Part shown: piece after piece, positions 11,542 through 23,528 of the stretch
Layout of the letters: each line of letters opens with the position of its first letter
How positions within the stretch are numbered: the stretch's first letter is position 1
Source: Mobula hypostoma
Taxonomy: Eukaryota
NCBI RefSeq assembly: GCF_963921235.1
Contig: NC_086097.1
Location: 254,574,001-254,638,000 of the forward strand
Direction of reading: 5' to 3'
DNA length: 64,000 nt
Notes under the pieces: generated by a model
What the model was told of the DNA's origin: nothing
The model's database searches: none
Seen by the model: only the letters and a program-made list of their open reading frames with translations
Position numbers and translations under genes: made by a program

Positions 11542-14319
11542 GTGCAACAGTCAATTTTTATTCATTTATTTTTCGTGTTGAAATAAAATTAAATAATGAA
11601 ACTTAAAATTAAAGATGTGAAGTATGTAATATTCTTAGAGAAAGACAGCTATGGCCTGTTCGATATGCTAGTTACACTGTTTTCTTGTTTGAATTAATTT
11701 GAAAGTTTGACAAATGTATTTTGTGTAATTCAAATACAATTAGCCCAAATAAAAGGCCTCAAATTGGAAGTACAACCTGAGCTGTTTTTTCTCTAAACGA
11801 TTTAGTAGGTAGATCTTGCCTTTCACTAAGGTCGAGGTAGGGGATCTTGGGCTTAAAAAGGTTGGTGACCACTAGTCTTGGCCTTTCAACATTCAACAGG
11901 TTTCAATGAGAAACCCCCTCATCCTTCAAGATTGCAGTGAGTACAGACCCAAAGCTATCAAACGTTCCTCGTATGATAACCCATTCATTCCCAGAATCTT
12001 CCTTGTGAACCTTCTCTGAACCCTCTCCAATGCCAGCACATCTTTTCTTAGATGAGCTCAAAAATGTTCACAATACTCGAGGTGAGGCCTTATCAGAGCT
12101 TCAGCATCACATCCCTACTCTTGTATCCTAGATCTCTTGAAATGAATGCTAATATTGAATTTGCCTTCCTCACCACCGACTCAACCTGCAAGTTAACCTT
12201 CAGGGTGTTCTGCACAAGGACACCCAAGACCCTCTGCATCTCAGATTTTTGGATTTTCTCCTCGTTTAGAAAATAGTCTGCTCATTTATTTCTGCTACCA
12301 AAGTGCATGGCCATGCATTTTCCAACATTGTATTTAATTTGCCACATTCTTCCCATTCTCCTAATCTAAGTCCTTCTACAGCCTACCTGTTTCCTTATCA
12401 CTATCTGCCCCTCCACCAATCTTTGTATCATCTGCAAACTTGAATACAAATGATTCTATTTTCAAAATCATTGATATACACCATAAAGAGCAGTCCCAAC
12501 ACCAACCCCCTGGAACATCATTAGTCACTGGCAGCCAGCCAGACAAGGATCCCTTTATTTCCAGTCGCTGCCTCCTACCAATCAGCCAATGCCCTAACCA
12601 TGTCTGTAACCTTTCTCTAACACCATGGGCTCTTGATGTGGTAAGCAACCTCATGTGCGGCACCTGGTCAAAAGCCTTCTGAAAGTCCAAATATACAACA
12701 TCCACTGCATGCCCTTTACCTATCCTACTTGTAATCTCCTCAAGAATTTTGTCAGGTAGGATTTTCCCCTAAGGAAACCATGCTGACTTTGTCCTGTGTC
12801 ACCAAGTACTCCAACATCTTCCCAACCACTGAGGTCAGGCTAACTGGTCGACAATTTGCTTTCTGTTGCTGTCCTCCTTCCTTAAAGAGTAGACTTCCCT
12901 TGTCTCCATGGATGCCTACACCTGCCATTTGAGAACTACTTCTGTGGGACACATCTATCTTCTGCCTTATGAACTATTTCCAGAAACATCAGCCATCTCT
13001 GTCCTACTGTCAACCCCAGAAGTATCCGCCAGGGCAAGCTCTTCTCTCATGCCTCTGTAATTCCCTTTATTCCATTGTGATACTGACACATCTGACTTGT
13101 GCCTCTCCCTCTCAAGCTGCAGTACGAGTTCTATCGTATTATGATCACTGCCTCCTCAGGGTTGCTTTATGTTATGCTCGCAAATAAGATCTGGGTTATT
13201 ACACAACACCCAATCTAAGACAGCCTTTCCCCGAGTAGGCTCACACACAAGCTGCTCTAAAAAGTCATCTCATAGACATTCAACAAAATTTCTCTCTTGC
13301 GATCCAACACCAATCTGGTTTTTTCAATCCCCTTGCATATTGAAGTCCCCCATTACAATTGTGCCATTACCCTTATTACATGCCTTTTCCAGCTCCCTTT
13401 GCAGTCTCAACCCCACATCTTGGCTACTATTTGGAGACTTATAAATGATCCCCATATAAAGGTTTTTTTTTACCCTTGCAATTTCTTAACCCCACCCACA
13501 AAGATTCAACATTCTCTGACCCTATGTCACCTCTTTCTAAAGATGTAATTCCGTCTCTTACCAACAGAGCCACACCACTGCCTATGCCTTCCTGCCTATC
13601 CTTTCGATACTAAGCATATCCTATGATATTAATTATGCTTTCAATGTTCTTTCAGCCATGACTCAGTGATGCTCACAAAGTTATACTGACCAGTCTCAAA
13701 TTGTGCCACAAGTTCATCCGCCTTATTCTGAATACTATGTGCATTTAAATACAGCACCTTCAGTCCTGTATTCTTCACCCTTTTGAATTTTGCCTCTATG
13801 GTATAATTTAACTCTTTGCTCTGTTTGCATTTTAACCCAATTATTGGCTTACCCTTCCTTACATTCATGTTACACCCATTGTAAACCTGCTGGTTCATCC
13901 TCAGCTCTGTCGTACTGGTTCCCATCCCCCTGCCATGTTGGTTTAAACCACTCCCAACAGCTCCAGTAAACCAGCCAGCAAGAATGTTACCCCCCCCCCC
14001 CCCCGTGGATTCAAGTGCAACCCGTCCCTTTTGTACAGGCCCCACCTGCCCCAGTAAAGACAACTAAAGGAGTAGCAACCACTGCCGAGAGAATCACTGG
14101 GATCTCGCTCCCTCCTATTTGTGACACTTACCAGGAACATTGCAGACGATAGGCCTAGCATTGTTGTGGATCCATACCACGACCTGTTTGACCCACTACC
14201 ATCAGGAAGCAGCAATGGTCATCTACTCACGACTGGCCTGTTAGTGCCAATATCAGGAGAAACAAAACTAGGCAGCATTCTCAAAATGTTCACGGATAGT
14301 CACTACTACTCGAAACAAA

Positions 14320-14600
14320 TGGGCGTCATGGTAACACAGCGGCCTGTGCAACGCTATTACAGCTCAGGGTGACAGAGTTCAGAGTTCAATTCCGATGCGG
14401 TCGGTAAGGAGTTTGTCTATTCTCCCCATGAACGCATGGATTTCCTCCAGGTACTCCAGCTTCCTCCTACAGTCAAAAGACATACCAGTTCATAGGTTAA
14501 TTGGCCATTGTCAACTGTCCTGTGATTAGACTAGGGTTAAATCGGGGGTTGCTGGGCAACGCAGTTTGGTGAGACAGGAAGGGCCTGTTCCACACTGTGT
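14320..14600 (+). mobile_element. tRNA-derived V-domain (HE1-like) SINE, near full length
   Basis: tRNA-like head (TGGTAACACAGCGG; B-box GTTCAATTCC), V-domain and a CR1-like tail GAAGGGCCTGTTCC. Confidence 0.75.
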
Positions 14601-15354
14601 CGGTATTGTGTGAGCCACTCTGCAAATGATACTAATCGCCGGACTCAGTTGAGGGTTTTATATTTCATTTGTTATAAGTACGGCAATTTTTGTCTTTGTT
14701 TGTCAGTTTCCTGCAGTGTACTGGAGCCAGTAATCCAATCCAAACACATCATCTGACATCCTCCTCAAAGAAAACAAAGCTACTATTCACGGTGTCTTGT
14801 TTTGGTCACTGTCTGAAAGAGATTCCTTCCAGAAACACAGCTGGACGAGGGCAAATAAATTCTGTCATTTAGAACTAGTTTAAGCATATCGTCTCGGCGT
14901 TACAAAAAGAAAGCACTAATTCGCCTGTTCTGGACGTGCATTTTAACTTTCTACGCTGTCCTGTAACTGGCTCCTCTGCTGAGCCACGAACCATCGACTG
15001 CTGTTGTAAACTCATAATTTATCAGTCTCGGCAGCCACGTGGGTCGTGCTGTGCTCTCAAGAATGTTCGCATTACCGCAGTGCTGGCGTAACAGGCACGC
15101 TGAATGGGGCAGCCCAAAGTCAGGCTAGTTCACTGAACAATAGCAAGCTTGCAGCTGAGCGGTGTGTCAGCTGATGAGACCCTGGAATGTCATAGGATAG
15201 TTCCCTATCTGAACCGTGTGTCAAAGACATCCAGTTCGGGCACAATACTGTATAATGGAACCCTGGACTTCAGGCAACTTGTCAGAAATTGCTACTCTAA
15301 CAAGTTCATAAGATAAAATATTCCTCGTTCAGCTTTGAAAATGTTCTCCTGTGC

Positions 15355-15960
15355 TTCAAGATTCAAAACTGCTTAGCGTGATTTCCAGTACCCAAGTTTA
15401 AAAGGTGAACAAAATAATTGCTACTACAGATCAAAAAAACAGTAAAATAAAGAACACAATGTTTAAAAAACACACAATAAATATAAATACATAAGATAGC
15501 TTATATGCATAAATTGATTGTATGTCCATAAAGTGACGCTCGGCACAGGAGTGTCTGTACATAAGGTGACTGACAGGAAATGATAAAGTAGTGGTGGTGG
15601 GGGGTGTGGAGGGGTGGGTTTGTGGGTGGAGGTGTTGATCAGCCTTACAGCTTGAGGAAAGTAACTGTTTTTGAGTCTAGTGGTCCTGGCGTGAATGCTA
15701 TGTCGCCTCCACCCTGAGGGGAGTGGGACAAACAGTCCATGAGCAGGGTGGATGATGTTACTGGCCCTTTCCCAGCACTTTTCTGTATAGGTGTCCTCGA
15801 TGATGTGTAGGCTGCTGCGGGGATGCATTGCACAGTCTTGACTATGCGTATACAGCCTACCTGTCTGCAGCATCTTATGACGAAAGGCAGAAGATATGGT
15901 CCAGTCCATCATGGTTAAACCCCAGCCAACACTTTGAGCACATCTGCATGGAGCATTGTC
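15355..15960 (-). mobile_element. Rex1/Babar-type LINE 3' fragment(s)
   Basis: ORF contains HPAHGLFVPLPSGWR...TTRLKNSYFPQAVRLIN. Confidence 0.8.
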
Positions 15961-16011
15961 GCACCACCTAGTTCAGCAACAGTTATTAACGCTCAACTGT
16001 CAGGCTCTCAA

Positions 16012-16550
16012 ACCATAAGACCATGAGACTTAAGAGCAGAGTTAAGCCATCCAGCTCATTCAGTCTGCTCGCCATTCCATCCTGGCTGCTCCCAGATCCC
16101 ACTCAACCCCATACACCTGCCTTCTCGCTATGTCGTTTGATGCTCTGATCAGTCAGGAAACTGTCAACTTCCACTTTAAATATACCCATGGGCATGGTCA
16201 TGGCAGAGCATTCCACAAATTCACTACTCGCTGGCTAAAAAAATTCCTCCTTACCTCTGTTCTAAAGGGTCACCTCTCAGTTTTGAGGCTGTGCCCTCCA
16301 GATCGGGATCTCTTCTAGGGCCCCAGCAATTTCAGCTCTTGCCTCCCACAGGATCTGAGGGTACACCTTGTCCCTGGGGATTTATTCACCCTGATTTGCC
16401 TCAAGACAACAAACACCTCATCCTCTGTATTCTATACGAGTTCCGTGAAGGTGGTGCAGCTTTGTCTCACTTCTGTGTGACTGAATGTACTGTGTGTACT
16501 CTTGAGTAAATACAAGTGTAAAAAATCCATTTAAGATCTCCTCCATCTCT
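16012..16550 (-). mobile_element. Degenerate CR1 fragments
   Basis: CR1 3' UTR (ACCATAAGA tail) plus an ORF2 piece. Confidence 0.65.
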
Positions 16551-16639
16551 GTTTCTTTTCCTTACATTTTAGTATTATTTCAGTGAACTCACGTTTCCTT
16601 ATATTTTGGTATAATTAAGGACATTAATTATACATTAAC

Positions 16640-17478
16640 AGAAACATAGAAACATAGAAAATAGGTGCAGGAGTAGGCCATTCAGCCCTTCGAGCCTGCA
16701 CCACCATTTATTATGATCATGGCTGATCATCCAACTCAGAACCCCACCCCAGCCTTCCCTCCATACCCCCTGACCCCCATAGCCACAAGGGCCATATCTA
16801 ACTCCCTCTTAAATATAGCCAATGAACTGGCCTCAACTGTTTCCTGTGGCAGAGAATTCCACAGATTCACCACTCTCTGTGTGAAGAAGTTTTTCCTAAT
16901 CTCAGTCCTAAAAGGCTTCCCCTCTATCCTCAAACTGTGGCCCCTCGTTCTGGACTTCCCCAACATCGGGAACAATCTTCCTGCATCTAGCCTGTCCAAT
17001 CCTTTTAGGATTTTCTACGTTTCAATCAGATCCCCCCTCAATCTTCTAAATTCCAACGAGTACAAGCCCAGTTCATCCAGTCTTTCTTTATATGAAAGTC
17101 CTGCCATCCCAGGAATTAATCTGGTGAACCTTCTTTGTACTCCCTCTATGGCAAGGATGTCATTCCTCGGATTAGGGGACCAAAACTGCAGACAATACTC
17201 CAGGTGTGGTCTCACCAAGGTCTTGTACAACTGCAGTAGTACCTCCCTGCTCCTGTACTCGAATCCTCTCTCTATAAATGCCAGCATACCATTCTCCTTT
17301 TTCACCGCCTGCTGTACCTGCATGCCCACTTTCAATGCCTGGTGTATAATGACACCCAGGTCTCGTTGCACCTCCCCTTTTCCTAATCGGCCACCATTCA
17401 GATAATAATCTGTTTTCCAATTTCTGCCACCAAAGTGGATAACCTCACATTTATCCACATTAAATTGCATCTGCCATG
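16640..17478 (-). mobile_element. Young CR1 LINE, 5'-truncated (same subfamily as 9347-10588)
   Basis: Near-identical to 9355-10198, with a (GAAACATA)n tail. Confidence 0.95.
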
Positions 17479-18092
17479 AAGATGGCAGCGCACTGCGCGT
17501 GCGCAGCTCTCTGGTGAAAATGATATCATATCCATTAAATAGGGGCCACGGACAATTCTGATTTGATGGAGAATGGACGTGAAAGCACAGAGGAACATCT
17601 GGAGAAATTTCTGAAACGGTCATTCGCTGCTGTCGTTACTGTGTGGTCGTGAATCTTTCGGGGGTAGGCCTCAAAATCCCCGGCCTTGCCTGCTTTTGGC
17701 GACCGAGAAGGAGGTCGAATCGTTCGGATAGAGATGGCGCTCAGTACTCAGTGACGGAGAGCTGACCAGAGCTCGAAGTTTTCGGATGACTCAGAGTCGG
17801 ATTGTGGTCAGCATGGCAGGGAGAGTTTTTCTTCCTTCTCCCGTCTGCGTGAGATGTGGGACATTTGAGAAACTTTGAACTTTACTGTGCCCACGGCCTT
17901 TCTTCATCAAGTTATGGTATTGTTACACTGTTTGTAACTATATGTTATAATTATGTGGTTTTGCCAGTTTTTTCAGTCTTGGTTTGTCCTGTGTTTTGTG
18001 ATATCACACCAGAGGAAATAATATATCATTTCTTAATGCATGCATTACTAAATGATAATAAAAGAGGACTACGTGTCTTCATAATCATAATC
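17479..18092 (+). mobile_element. Putative non-autonomous retroelement of ~610 bp with a CpG-rich head and (ATAATC)n tail
   Basis: Starts AAGATGGCAGCG, has no coding capacity, and ends AATAAAAGAGG...CATAATCATAATC. Confidence 0.5.
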
Positions 18093-18099
18093 ACAAGAC

Positions 18100-19015
18100 T
18101 GATCACTGAATCTTGGCTAACCGCTTCCGTTCCGGATATGGTGATACAGCTTGCTGGGATCACAATTCAAGATAGGACAGCTGAGTCTTTCAAAGGCAGA
18201 TGAGCTGCAGTATGGTTGTGGTGAACAAACGTGGTGCTGTTGTTGTCCCAGTCCCCCTCACCCAATCTGGAACTTCTTGCGATCAAGTGTCATCAAGTGC
18301 TGCAGGAGATTTCAGCAATCATCTTGGTAGTGGTGTACAACCACCTCAGGCCAATGTCAAACAGGCTCTAGATGACCTGAGCAATGTGATAAACAGGCAT
18401 GAAACAGTGCATTCTGATACCTTCCTTATCATTTTGGGAGATTTTAACCAGACCAGCTTGAAAATGTCCCTCAATAATTATTACCAACAAATCACTTGTA
18501 ATACCAGAGGAATCAACACGCTGGACCACTATTACACTACCATCAAGACAGCTTACCGTGTTATTCCACACCCACACTTTAGAAAGTCTAGTCACCTGTC
18601 TGTACCTCTGCTCCCTGAGTATAGGCAGAGACTGAAGACTGCAGCACCAGTAGTGAGGACCAAGAAGGTATGGACAAGGGAAGCACAACAGCGCTTACAG
18701 GACTGCTTTGAATCAGTGGACTGGACTGTATTCAGGGGCTCATCTTCGAGTCTGAATGAGTATGCCACAGCTATTACTGACTTCATTAAAATCTGTGTGG
18801 ATGAGTGTGCCTACAAGAACTTACTATGCATGCCCAAATCAAAAGCCATGGTTGAACCAGGAGGTTTGTAGTTTGCTGAGGGCTAAATCTGTGGCATTCA
18901 AGTCTAGAGATCCAGGACAGTACAAGAAAATCACATCAACTTACAGGGGGCTATCTCAAGAGCAAAAGAACAATTTCAAACAAGGTTGGAGGCAGAATCA
19001 TATGCACATCAACCC
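18100..19015 (+). mobile_element. Rex1/Babar-type LINE fragment (AP endonuclease region)
   Basis: PPQAN...ILGDFNQ...TRGINTLDHYYT...SHL motifs and QDCFESVDW...PNQKPW. Confidence 0.85.
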
Positions 19016-19189
19016 TGAGTCGTAGACTCATGGAGAAGTACAACACAGAAACAGGCCCTTCAGCCCCTCTAGTCTATGCCAAAACCATTTAAACTGCCTA
19101 CTCCCATTGACTTACCTTCATTGGTCCTACCAAAGTGCAAAACCTTGCACTTGTCTGCATTCAATTCCATCTGCTGCTTCTCAGCGCAT

Positions 19190-19790
19190 TCTTGATGCTC
19201 TATAAAGGCACTCGTAAGACCGCACTTAGAGTATTGTGTGCAGTTTTGGGCTCCTTATTTTAGAAGGGATATACTGACATGGGAGAGGGTTTAGAGAAGA
19301 TTCATGGGAATGATTGCAGGAATGAAAGGGCTACAGTATGAGGAACATCTGGCAGCTCTTGGGCTGTATTCCCTGGAGTTCAGGAGAATGAGGAAGAACC
19401 TCACGGAAACATTCCAAATGTTAAAAGGCCTGAAGAGATTATATATGGCTAAGTTATTTCCCATGGTAGGGAGTCCAGGACAAGAGGGCACTACTTCAGG
19501 ATTGAAGGGCATCCATTTAGAACCGAGATGCGGAGAAAATACTTTAGTCAAAGAGTGCAAATCTGTGGAATTTGTTGTCATGGGCGGCTTTGGAGGCCAA
19601 GTCACTGGGCACATTTAAGACAGAGATAGATAGGTTCTTGATTAGCCAGGGCGTCAAAGGGTACGGGGTGAAAGCAGGGGACTGGGGATGACTGGAAAAA
19701 TTGGATCAGCCCATGACTGAGTGGCGGAGCAGACTCAATGGGCCAAATGACCTACTTCTGCTTCTATATTTTATGGTCTTATGGTCTTTC
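19190..19790 (+). mobile_element. CR1 LINE 3' fragment
   Basis: LGLYSLEFRRMR motif and a (TTATGGTC) tail. Confidence 0.85.
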
Positions 19791-20024
19791 CCCGTGATGT
19801 AGATCCTTCTCCAAGGTGTGCAATTGTGTGCACATACACATCTTTTGCTACCAGTGCAAAAAGGAATTAAGTCTGTGCACAAAAGTTTGTCACCTTCTAC
19901 CTCACTGGCATGTTAAGTATATTTCACAATCATACGCAATCACATTTCCTTTCCTGGATTCTGAAGCAGACAGTGTTGACCATGTACAGTTTAGCATGGT
20001 TTGTCTGCAGATTTTAGAACAGGG

Positions 20025-20455
20025 TTCTTTTCATTCGTAAGGCCAGTGATGTTGTGGGGATGGAACTGGACTCTCTGACGGTGGTGTCTGAAAAGAGGAC
20101 GCTGTCTAAGTTGCATGCCATCTTGGACAATGTCTCCCATCCACTACATAATGTACTGGTTGGGCAAAGAGTACATTCAGCCAGAGACTCATTCCACCGA
20201 GATGCAACACAGAGCGTCATAGGAAGCCATTCCTCTCTGTGGCCATCAAACTTTACAACTCCTCCCTTGGAGGGTCAGACACCCTGAGCCGATAGGCTGG
20301 TCCAGGACTTATTTCCATCTGGCATAATTTACGTATTATTATTTAATTATTTATGGTTTTATATTGCTATATTTATACTCTATTCTTGGTTGGTGCAACT
20401 GTAACGAAATCCAATTTCCCCTCGGGATCAATAAAGTATGTCTCTCTGTCTATCT
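20025..20455 (+). mobile_element. Rex1/Babar-type LINE 3' end
   Basis: ILDNVSHPLH motif and CCCCTCGGGATCAATAAAGTATG end; same family as 29005-29765. Confidence 0.8.
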
Positions 20456-21024
20456 ATTTTATTGAAGAAATTATTGATTCACTATGTCAAATTCCAAAGA
20501 AGCAAAGGGACGGAAGTGCAAAAGAACAGCGAGAAAATCCTTCATTACTCATTACAGGCCTGCTACGTATGTTTTGTGAGAGTGCAGATGAACAAGAGCG
20601 AAAATGATCAAACCCAAAGCAGATCAAAGTTCTTATTAACAGTTATTTTATTATTTTAAACAATGAATAACAAACTGGACTTGATAGCTTATTATTCTTA
20701 GAATAGCTTCAGGTTCCAAAATTCAGTGCGCATATGTTGTCGTCACTGGACTAAAAATTGCACAGCACACACACTGCTCATTACAAATGAGGGGAAACAT
20801 TGCATGATAGCCTTTCTCACTGCCCACTACACTCCCAATCTTGGTGTCATCTGCAAATTTGCTGATCCAATTAACCACACTATCATCCAGATCATTGATA
20901 TAGATGACAAGCGAGAAGGGACCCAGCACCGATCCCTGCGACACACCACCAGTCACAGGCCTCCAGTCAGAGAGACAACCATCTAATACCACTCTCTGGC
21001 TTCTCCCACAAAGCCAATGTCTAA

Positions 21025-23263
21025 ACCCTAAACCATACCATAGAAACTACAGCACAAAAACAGGCCTTTTGGCCCTTCTTGGCTCTGCCGAACCATTTTC
21101 TGCCTAGTCCCACTGACCTGCACACGGACCATATCCCTCCATACACCTCCCATCCATGTATCTGTCCAATTTATTCTTAAATGTTAAAAAACACGCATTT
21201 ACCACCTCATCTGGCAGCTCATTCCATACTCCCACCACTCTCTGTGTGAAGAAGCCCCCCGTAATGTTCCTTTTAAACTTTTCCCCCCTCACCCTAAACC
21301 CATGTCCTCTGGTTTTTTTCTCCCCTTGCCTCAGCAGAAAATGCCTGCTTGCATTCACTCTATCTATACTCATCATAATTTTATATACCTCTATCAAATC
21401 TTCCCTCATTCTTCTACGCTCCAGGGAATAAAGTCCCAACCTATTCAACCTTTCTCTGTAACTGAGTTTCTCAAGTCCTGGCAACATCCTTGTAAACCTT
21501 CTCTGCACTCTTTCAACCTTATTTATATCCTTCCTGTAATTTGGTGACCAAAACTGAACATAACACTCCAGGTTCGGCCTCACCAGTGCCTTATACAACC
21601 TCATCATAACATTCCAGCTCTTATACTCAATACTTTGATTAATAAAGGCCAATGTACCAAAAGCTCTCTTTACGACCCTATCTACCTGTGACGCCACTTT
21701 TAGGGAATTTTTATATCTGTATTCCCAGATCCCTCTGTTCCACTGCACTCCTCAGTGCCTTATCATTAACCCTGTATGTTCTACGTGGGTTTGTCCTTCC
21801 AACGTGCAATACCTCACACTTGTCAGTATTAAACTCCATCTGCCATTTTTTTTAGCCCATTTTTCCAGCTGGTCCAAGTCCCTCTGCAGGCTCTGAAAAT
21901 CTTCCTCACTGTCTACTACACCTCCAATCTTTGTATCATCAGCAAACTTGCTGATCCATTTACCACATTATCATCCAGATCATTGATATAGATGACAAAT
22001 AACAATGGACCCAGCACTGATTCCTGTGGCACACCACTAGTCACAGGCCTCCACTCAGAGAAGCAATTCTCTACCACCACTCTCTGGCTTCTTCCATCGA
22101 GCCAATGTCTAATCCAATTTACCACCTCTCCATGTATACCTAGCGACTGAATTTTCCTAACTAACCTCCCATGCGGGACCTTGTCAAAGGCCTTACTGAA
22201 GTCCATGTAGACAATATCCACTGCCTTCCCTTCATCCACTTTCCTGGTAACCTCCTCAAAAAACTCCAACAGATTGATCAAACATGACCTGCCACACACA
22301 AAGTCATGTTGACTCTCCCTAATAAGTCCCAGTCTATCCAAATGCTTGTAGATTCTGTCTCTTTGTACCCTCCAATAACTTACCTACTACCGACGTTAAA
22401 CTTACCGGCCTATAATTTCCCGGATTACTTTTCGATCCTTTTTTAAACAACGGAACAACATGAGCCACTCTCCAATCCTCCAGCACTTCACCCGTAGACA
22501 GCGACATTTTAAATATTTCTGCCAGGGCCCCTGCAATTTCAACACTAGTCTCCTTCAAGGTCCGAGGGAACACCCTGTCAGGTCCCAGGGATTTATCCAC
22601 TTTAATTTTCCTCAAGACAGCAAGGACCTCCTCCTTTTCGATCTGTACAGTTTCCATGATCTCACTACTTGTTTCCCTTAATTCCATAGACTTCATGCCA
22701 GTTTCCTTAGTAAACACAGACGCAAAAAACCTATTTAAGATCTCCCCCATTTCCTTTGGTTCCGCACATAGCCGACCACTCTGATCTTCAAGAGGACCAA
22801 TTTTATCCCTTACAATCCTTTTGCTCTTAATATACCTGTAAAAGCTCTTTGGATTATCCTTCACTTTGACTGCCAAGGCAACCTCAGGTCTTCTTTTAGC
22901 CCTCCTGATTACTTTCTTAAGTATTTTCTTGCACTTCTTATACTCCTCAAGCACCTTATTTACTCCCTGCTTCTTATACACGTCATACAACTCCCTCTTC
23001 TTCTTTATCAGAGTTGCAATATCCCTTGAGAACCAAGGTTCCTTATTCCTATTCACCTTGCCTTTAATCCTGACAGGAACATACAAATTCTGCACTCTCA
23101 AAATTTCTGCTTTGAAGGCTTCCCACCTACCGATCACATCCATGCCAGAGAACAACCTGTCCCAATCCACGCTATGTAGATCCTTTCTCATTTCTTCAAA
23201 TTTGGCCTTCTTCCAGTTAAGAACCTCAACCCTAGGACCAGATCTATCCTTGTCCATGATCAA
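21025..23263 (-). mobile_element. CR1 LINE, 5'-truncated, ~2.2 kb
   Basis: ORFs 22334-23263, 21916-22341 and 21104-21748 are frameshifted pieces of ORF2. Confidence 0.95.
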
Positions 23264-23528
23264 GTCTAATCCAATTTACTACCTCATCCTGAATGCCGAG
23301 CGACTGAACCTCCTTACTAGAGTCCATGCAGACACCATCCACTGCCTTGCCTTCATCCACTTTCCTGGTAACATTCTTGAAAAACGGTAGAAGGTTGGTT
23401 AGACATGACCTACCATGCACATAGCCATGCTGACTATTTTTAAATCAGTCCATGTTGATCCAAATATTTATATATCTGGTCTTTTAGAATACCTTCCAAT
23501 AACTTTCCCACAACAGATGTCAGATTCA

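Larger units (their letters stand above)
8955..11874 (+). mobile_element. hAT DNA transposon (GTF2IRD2/SPIN/Charlie-like), internally deleted and interrupted by a CR1
   Basis: 16-bp TIRs TAGTGGTCGCCAACCT / AGGTTGGTGACCACTA (1 mismatch) and 8-bp TSD GTCTAGGC / GTCTTGGC. Transposase remnants are CVCILC...HHNTNH (BED-type finger), ITTDG and FGSTYLCEIAFSQMK. Confidence 0.92.
7185..14058 (-). mobile_element. Old CR1 LINE (end of ORF1 to 3' UTR), split by later insertions into 7185-7499, 8925-8954 and 11875-14058
   Basis: The host sequence reads continuously across the insertions. It includes the ORF1 end (LYKRDGLHLN), the APE start (LKVLYLNAHSIQNK) and RT motifs. Confidence 0.8.

Noticed and set aside
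16713..17405. Long antisense ORFs over CR1 RT regions (also 26543-27115 and 10142-10546)
   Set aside because: These are shadow frames of CR1 ORF2, repeated in each copy, with no independent coding evidence.
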